Source: an uncultured Acidobacteriota bacterium
GTDB lineage: Bacteria > Acidobacteriota > JAAYUB01
Direction of reading: 5' to 3'
DNA length: 64,000 nucleotides
Assembly: GCA_964412195.1 (NCBI GenBank)
Contig: CAYPNP010000003.1
Location: 160,386-224,385, forward strand
How positions within the stretch are numbered: position 1 is the first letter of the stretch; the number at the start of each line of letters is the position of its first letter. A program made the position numbers and the translations under genes. A model generated the notes under the pieces. It had not been told where the DNA came from. It saw nothing but the letters and a program-made list of their open reading frames with translations, and did no database searches. Of the stretch, positions 58,782 through 64,000 are shown piece by piece.

Positions 58782-60884
58782 TCAACGATGAATTTGAGCT
58801 CGGAGGATGGATAGGTCCACACTGCCTACTTTCCCATCCTGATCAAGATCTGCTTCTCCTTGGCTGACGTCTTCGGGAAAGTTGCCATTTTCAGACAGGA
58901 TGGCGCTGAGCAGCGCCAGGTCGGTGTCATCCACCGAACCGTCATGATTTAAATCTCCGGCTGGGATTTCAGACCAGGCGAACACCCCGTCTAGTGTTCC
59001 GGCATATACGGTTTTTGGAGGATTGGGATCGAAGGCCAGGAAGATGACATTCGATTCCGTAAGCCCTTGGTTCATGGCAGCCCAGGTTTGGCCTCCGTTC
59101 AGGCTTTGGTACATACCCTGTTCGTAGGTCCCAGCATAGACATGGCTCGGATCAGTAGGATCAAGGGTCACGTAACGGCCGAGGACATTCGTGCTCTGCC
59201 AGGAGGTTCCCCCGTCGGTGCTTTTGAAAAGCCACGAGGTGGTCCCGGCATAGAGTTCCCTTGTGTTCAATGGATTGATCGCAATGGAGCGAACCCGAAG
59301 AGACAAGAATCTGAGGTAATTCCAATTGATCCCGCCATCCGTGCTCTTGTAGAGGCCGCTGTCCGTTCCGGCATAAAGAGTGGATGGAGAATTCGGATCT
59401 GCAACGATCTCCCAGACGCTCAAATTTCCAAGACCGGAATTGATGGGTGTCCAAGTATATCCGCCATCGGGGCTTTTCCAAATTCCTGTGCCATCCGTAC
59501 CAATGTAAAGGATCTCCGGATCGACTGGATCGACAGCCAAACAAAGAATAAATCTCTCAGCATACGACAGGGAAGCCCACGTTGCTCCCTCATCTTCGCT
59601 CTTCAACAATTCATTCCCCATGCTTGCATATGTGGTGTTGTTCCTGGGATCATGGAGGGCATCCTGGTGGTGGATGAGGTCATACATGAAGTTCCCCGCG
59701 TGTCGGAGATTAATGTGCACCAATTTCCAATGGTTGCCCCTATCGTGGCTGAGAAACACGCCCGTATGATTCGTCGCCAATACAAAACCGGGGCGAGTGA
59801 CCTCGCAGGAAATTCCGAATACATCATCCAGCACGTAGCAACTTTCTCTCAAGCCGCGGTTCAAGGAGGTCCAATTTTCCCCACCATCATCGGATCGAAA
59901 CACTCCGGCGCCGCATGTTCCAGCAAAGATGACATTCGGTGAGTTCTGATCGATGACGATTTTCATCACAGCGGTATTCTGATAGCCCAGATTGATCTCC
60001 TGCCAGCTAAGACCTCCATCGAAGCTCCTATAAAATCCCTTCGTCGTACCCATGAATAGAAGATTCGGGGAGGTGGGGGAGACGGCCAGGGTCTGGATAG
60101 ACCCAGGGAACTCTTCCTGGATGGACTCGAAGGAATCCCCCCAATCGTAACTCCGGTTCAACCATGAAGTATCGGATCCTCTTGCGAAATATAGGATGTT
60201 GGGAGAAGAGGGATCGGCCACCAATGTCCATAAACTGTGCTGGATGTCATCGAACGTGATTCCGCCATCACGGCTACGACAGATCCTGTACAGACCACCG
60301 GCATAGATGGTGGAGGGATGAGTGGGCAAGATGCTGAGTGAAAGGATCTCAGCCGCATAGCTCTCATGGCTTGGAGCGCATAATGACCAAGTGAAGCCTC
60401 CGTCCGTACTTTTTTGGAGATTGAAACTAGTTGCAGCGTACACATGGCCGTTATCTGGGTCCACCGCGAGATCGTAGATCGAGGCGGCGATTCGTTGAGG
60501 TGTCGTGATGAACCAACTCTCCCCTCGATCCGTGCTCTTGAGCACATAACCTTGGGAAGCTGCCGCGTAGAGAATAGATGGATCCGTCGGATCATAAGCG
60601 AGGGCGAAAATATTGTGGAGAGGCGCCTCGTCCATCAGCGGCGTCCAATGCCATCCTCCATCCATCGACCGAAAGACTCCGCCTTCCGCGCACGGAGACG
60701 TGGTCAGATCGGCTGTTGCGGCCAGCAGCTCGCGTGAATTGAATGGATTCACTGCCATCGCCCGGATGATCAGATTCGGCGGGCCGGTCCTGGTCCACAC
60801 GCGATTTCCAGCGATCAGCGTGAACGGCGAAGAAACCAACCAGAGGAATAATAATGCGCGGGAATAAGTTGATGGCAGCCTCAT
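58782..60884 (-). CDS. secreted BNR/Asp-box (Sxdxgxxw) repeat beta-propeller protein with C-terminal type I dockerin
   Basis: More than 10 S-x-D-G-G-x-(T/S)-W motifs (STDGGFTW, SDDGGENW, SPDGGYTW, STDGGINW, STDGGTSW); C-terminal GDLNHDGSVDDTDLALL...DLDQDGKVGSVDLSIL; markedly lower GC than the surrounding DNA. Confidence 0.7.
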   Translation of the reverse strand: MRLPSTYSRALLFLWLVSSPFTLIAGNRVWTRTGPPNLIIRAMAVNPFNSRELLAATADLTTSPCAEGGVFRSMDGGWHWTPLMDEAPLHNIFALAYDPTDPSILYAAASQGYVLKSTDRGESWFITTPQRIAASIYDLAVDPDNGHVYAATSFNLQKSTDGGFTWSLCAPSHESYAAEILSLSILPTHPSTIYAGGLYRICRSRDGGITFDDIQHSLWTLVADPSSPNILYFARGSDTSWLNRSYDWGDSFESIQEEFPGSIQTLAVSPTSPNLLFMGTTKGFYRSFDGGLSWQEINLGYQNTAVMKIVIDQNSPNVIFAGTCGAGVFRSDDGGENWTSLNRGLRESCYVLDDVFGISCEVTRPGFVLATNHTGVFLSHDRGNHWKLVHINLRHAGNFMYDLIHHQDALHDPRNNTTYASMGNELLKSEDEGATWASLSYAERFILCLAVDPVDPEILYIGTDGTGIWKSPDGGYTWTPINSGLGNLSVWEIVADPNSPSTLYAGTDSGLYKSTDGGINWNYLRFLSLRVRSIAINPLNTRELYAGTTSWLFKSTDGGTSWQSTNVLGRYVTLDPTDPSHVYAGTYEQGMYQSLNGGQTWAAMNQGLTESNVIFLAFDPNPPKTVYAGTLDGVFAWSEIPAGDLNHDGSVDDTDLALLSAILSENGNFPEDVSQGEADLDQDGKVGSVDLSILRAQIHR

Positions 60885-61243
60885 GATTCTTTTCTTTCCT
60901 GGAATGATACTGAAATGAAACGAATGGGATTATATCAGATAAGGGAACACAGGAGAGGTGTCAGGCTCTTTCACGACCCCGAGGCCGGCAGGCGGTCAGT
61001 ACCGGCAGGCGTAAGCCGCCGGCGGGCAGCGTAGCTCGCGACGTCCCGGCGCGTGTGGGCGGAAACGGCGAAGCGGCGGTGGGGCGACACGGTGAAACGC
61101 AGCAAAACAGGCCAGAGGTCAGTACCGGCGGGCGTCAGAGGCTGTGCCGCACTGGCTGGTTGGCCCTGCGGGCCCTCCGGCCGTTGCGACATTATCGCAC
61201 CCGCCTCGGGCGAAGAGGGAACAGGATCGCTCGGAGGGAGGCT

Positions 61244-61948
61244 TCACAGGTGCTTCAGCCCGTCGTCGGGCGGCTCCTTCCGGGACAGCAGGTGCTCCTC
61301 CAGGATCCGGCGGGCCACGCCGCGGCCGCCCAGGCCGAAGGCGATGGCCAGGCCCATCATGACCGCGCCGAAGGCGATGGCGAAGGCCGTGGTGACGATG
61401 GCGCTGGCGATCTGGAGTTGCTCCAGGGCCATGGCGAAGGCCAGGATGGTGATGAGATACCGTACCAGGGTGCCCAAGGTGTGAGGCGATGGGACGTGGG
61501 CGTTCACCGCGGCCAGGAGGGCGGCCCGGGAGAGGAAGTTGCCGATCAGGAAGCCGGCCAGCAGGATGAGCAGGGCGGAGAAAATCCGGGGCAGGTAGAG
61601 AAAGAATCCGCTGATGAGTTCCTGGAAGAACTCCAGGTGGAGCGCGCTGACGCCCGACATGAAGAAGGTCAGGAACACCAGCCAGAACACCAGCCGACCG
61701 GCCAGCCGCGTCGGCGGGGACTGAATGTCGGCCCGCGCCAGCATCTGGGTGAAGCCGGCGTCCGAGCAGCGGCGGTCGAACCGGGCGGCTTTCAGGAGCA
61801 TGTGGATGATCTTGGAGAGGATCCAGGCGATCACCACCCCGGCCGCGATGATGAGCGCCGCCGCCAGCACCCCCGGCAGGAAATGGGCGACTCCGGCGGA
61901 AAAGTCCCGCCAGACCGCTTGCAGAACTTCCATGATGGTCGTGGCCAT
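61244..61948 (-). CDS. integral membrane protein (conserved transmembrane helix repeats; MscS-N-terminal-like)
   Basis: Five or six hydrophobic helices; no catalytic motif. Confidence 0.45.
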   Translation of the reverse strand: MATTIMEVLQAVWRDFSAGVAHFLPGVLAAALIIAAGVVIAWILSKIIHMLLKAARFDRRCSDAGFTQMLARADIQSPPTRLAGRLVFWLVFLTFFMSGVSALHLEFFQELISGFFLYLPRIFSALLILLAGFLIGNFLSRAALLAAVNAHVPSPHTLGTLVRYLITILAFAMALEQLQIASAIVTTAFAIAFGAVMMGLAIAFGLGGRGVARRILEEHLLSRKEPPDDGLKHL

Positions 61949-61961
61949 GGCTGCCTCCTGG

Positions 61962-63227
61962 TCAGGAATCCCATCGATCGATGAGGTCCTGTTTTTGGCG
62001 TTCGTACTCCTGGCAGAGGTTCTCCAGGATCTGCTCGACCTCGCCCGCCCCGGCCGTTTCCGTCTCGAGGACGAAGGAGGCGGTCCGGCCCAGGTAGAGC
62101 GGCGTGAGGGACTTCAGCAGGTGGTCGCGGTGGATCACCCGCCGGTGGTGGGCGACGGCGAAGTCGTAGATGGTCCGCACCCACAGCTCGGGGGAGTAGC
62201 GGAAGCCGCCGTCGGGCGCCGCGGCGAGCTCCCGGATCCCGGCGAGGGTCGCCGGGTCGAGGATCCGGGCCCAGATCGATTCGAGTTCCGCCAGGCCGGC
62301 GCGGAACCGCTCCAGCATCCGCCCCACGTTCACCGCCACCGGCTCCAGGCCGACGGTGAACTCGAAGCCGTACACCGGCACCGTCTCGGAGCCCCGCACC
62401 GCCTTCCAGCGGGATTGTTCCGTTTCCATCAGCTGGAAGACCGCGCCGACGACCTGCATGAGCATGGCGCTCAGGTCCACGGAGGGGTCCTTGGCGTCGT
62501 GGATCTTCGCCCCGAGGAACGACTGGCACGTCTGGAAGCCGCCGGTGATGGCCGTAGTCGTCATCCAGATGTCGATCCCGAAACGGGCCACGTCGGTGTG
62601 CCAGACGTCCTGGTCCAGCCAGTGGCGGGCCAGCCGGCCGGAGAAACCGAAGTCGCCCCCGATGGGCTGGCGCACCCGCTGGCCGTACAGCGCCCGGGTC
62701 AGGGGATAGACGATGCTGTTGGTGATGGTGCCGTCGTACTTGTGCCGGTGGTACAGCGGGGCCACGAAATCCATGCCTTCCCGAAGGAGCGGGCTCAGCA
62801 GCAGGTCCAGCCATTCCGGGGTGACGCTCCGCAGGTCGGCGTCGAGGACGGCGCAGGCCGACGCGTCCAGCTCGGCGGCGATCCGGAACACCGTCCGCAG
62901 GGCGCTACCCTTGCCGGGAAGCCCGTGGTACGGCGTGATGATCTTGTGGATGGGGTGGAGGGGGTGGGCGGTCAGGAGGGGGCGGTACTCCTGGATGGCC
63001 GTGCGGCGGACGACTTCCGGGGTGTCGTCGCGGGAGCCGCCGTCCGAGTTCACCAGGATGGCGCGCCGGTCCGGAAAGTACTTGGCCAGCCCGGCGTTGA
63101 TCGCGCGGACCACCTGGGCGATGGTGCCGGCGTTGTTGTAGCTGGGGACGCCCACGACGATGTCGGCGCGTCGGATCCGCCGGACCTCCTTCCGGGCGTC
63201 GTCGTTCAGAGGAAAATCATCGCGCAT
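61962..63227 (-). CDS. GT-A fold glycosyltransferase of the glucosyl/mannosyl-3-phosphoglycerate synthase (GT81/GT78-like) type
   Basis: IVVGVPSYNNAGTIAQVV; DAD motif (DADL); QPIGGDFGF and FGIDIW regions resembling the MGS/GpgS family. Confidence 0.55.
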   Translation of the reverse strand: MRDDFPLNDDARKEVRRIRRADIVVGVPSYNNAGTIAQVVRAINAGLAKYFPDRRAILVNSDGGSRDDTPEVVRRTAIQEYRPLLTAHPLHPIHKIITPYHGLPGKGSALRTVFRIAAELDASACAVLDADLRSVTPEWLDLLLSPLLREGMDFVAPLYHRHKYDGTITNSIVYPLTRALYGQRVRQPIGGDFGFSGRLARHWLDQDVWHTDVARFGIDIWMTTTAITGGFQTCQSFLGAKIHDAKDPSVDLSAMLMQVVGAVFQLMETEQSRWKAVRGSETVPVYGFEFTVGLEPVAVNVGRMLERFRAGLAELESIWARILDPATLAGIRELAAAPDGGFRYSPELWVRTIYDFAVAHHRRVIHRDHLLKSLTPLYLGRTASFVLETETAGAGEVEQILENLCQEYERQKQDLIDRWDS

Positions 63228-64000
63228 CCTGACTCTCCCAGACGGGCTTGTCCGACCACCCGGCGGATGCCCACTCCTCCAGCAGGCCGAGGACCGCCTG
63301 GTTCCATCCGTCCGGGCCGATCCCGGGCGCCTGCCGGGCGGCCGGCAGTTCCCGGACCAGCTCGGGATGGCACCCGCCGTCCGGGCGTCGGACGATGACG
63401 GCGCGGCCGACCGCCCGCAGCATCGGCAGGTCGTTGGGGCTGTCGCCCAGTCCGGCGGTGAGGATCGGGCCGAACCGGCGCCGCAGCAGGTGGTCCAGCA
63501 CCGCCACGGCCCGCCCCTTGTCTGAACCGCCGGACAGGTGGAGGAACCGGCCGCCCGAACTCACGGTCAAGCCCAGCCGGCGGGCTTCTTCCTCGACGGC
63601 GCGGCGGGCGCCGGGAGTGTCGGGCGTCACGCTGAACGGCTCGTCGAATTCGCGCCGCTTGGCCCGCCGGGCTTCCGCCACGGACAGGCCGCAGGCGGAG
63701 GCGACCGCCCGGGGCGACATGTCCTGGAATCCCGTCAGCTTCAGGCCGGTGGTCCGCTGGATGTCCCGCAGCCGCCGGATCAGGGAGCGGTGCGGCACGC
63801 CCAGGGACACCTTGAGCCAATCCGCGACCGGGATGCCGTCCCACCAAGGCTGGCGCGCGTCGCCCGCCGGCAGGTAAATGGCGCCGCCGTTCTCGATGAT
63901 GAACGGATGGTAGATTTCCAGCCGCTGCTGGACGACCTCGACCTCCGCCCGCGTCTTGCTCGTGCAAAGGACCAGCACGACCGGCCGGCTGCGGATCCTC
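63217..64000 (-). CDS. HAD-IIB phosphatase, mannosyl-3-phosphoglycerate phosphatase/YedP-like (partial; N-terminus beyond window end)
   Basis: LVLCTSKTRAEV aligns with YedP VILCSSKTSAEM; GLGDSPNDLPML HAD motif III; reading frame is open to the window edge and no DxDGT motif is visible. Confidence 0.65.
   Translation of the reverse strand, partial: RIRSRPVVLVLCTSKTRAEVEVVQQRLEIYHPFIIENGGAIYLPAGDARQPWWDGIPVADWLKVSLGVPHRSLIRRLRDIQRTTGLKLTGFQDMSPRAVASACGLSVAEARRAKRREFDEPFSVTPDTPGARRAVEEEARRLGLTVSSGGRFLHLSGGSDKGRAVAVLDHLLRRRFGPILTAGLGDSPNDLPMLRAVGRAVIVRRPDGGCHPELVRELPAARQAPGIGPDGWNQAVLGLLEEWASAGWSDKPVWESQDAR

Overview
High-GC (about 68%) bacterial chromosomal window, probably from an anaerobic or microaerophilic Gram-negative; no phylum is assigned. 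About 70 protein-coding genes are supported. Core functions: uvrA, greA, rpmB, relA/spoT, lgt, tamB plus bamA, Ppx/GppA, an ABC-F ATPase, an RlmI-like methyltransferase and an Fe-alcohol dehydrogenase. Accessory content: a rubredoxin–flavodiiron–4x rubrerythrin-like locus; a sigma54 two-component system beside secreted proteins; VapBC and HicBA toxin–antitoxin pairs; a DUF134/NifX-like/nucleotidyltransferase trio; a radical SAM HydE/BioB-like gene; two secreted CxxC-rich paralogs beside a membrane PP2C phosphatase; three dockerin-bearing secreted proteins; GH27 alpha-galactosidase; a GT81-like plus HAD phosphatase compatible-solute pair. No tRNA, rRNA, CRISPR, transposase or prophage gene was recognised. 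The most striking feature is non-coding: nearly every intergenic region carries modular arrays of tandem heptanucleotide repeats, at least 10 families, often as inverted pairs and assembled into recurring composite elements. One such module of about 290 nt sits in frame inside the radical SAM gene. The ORF track uses alternative start codons and lists many spurious frame-shadow ORFs; gene starts here were re-chosen from ribosome-binding sites, signal peptides and homology.
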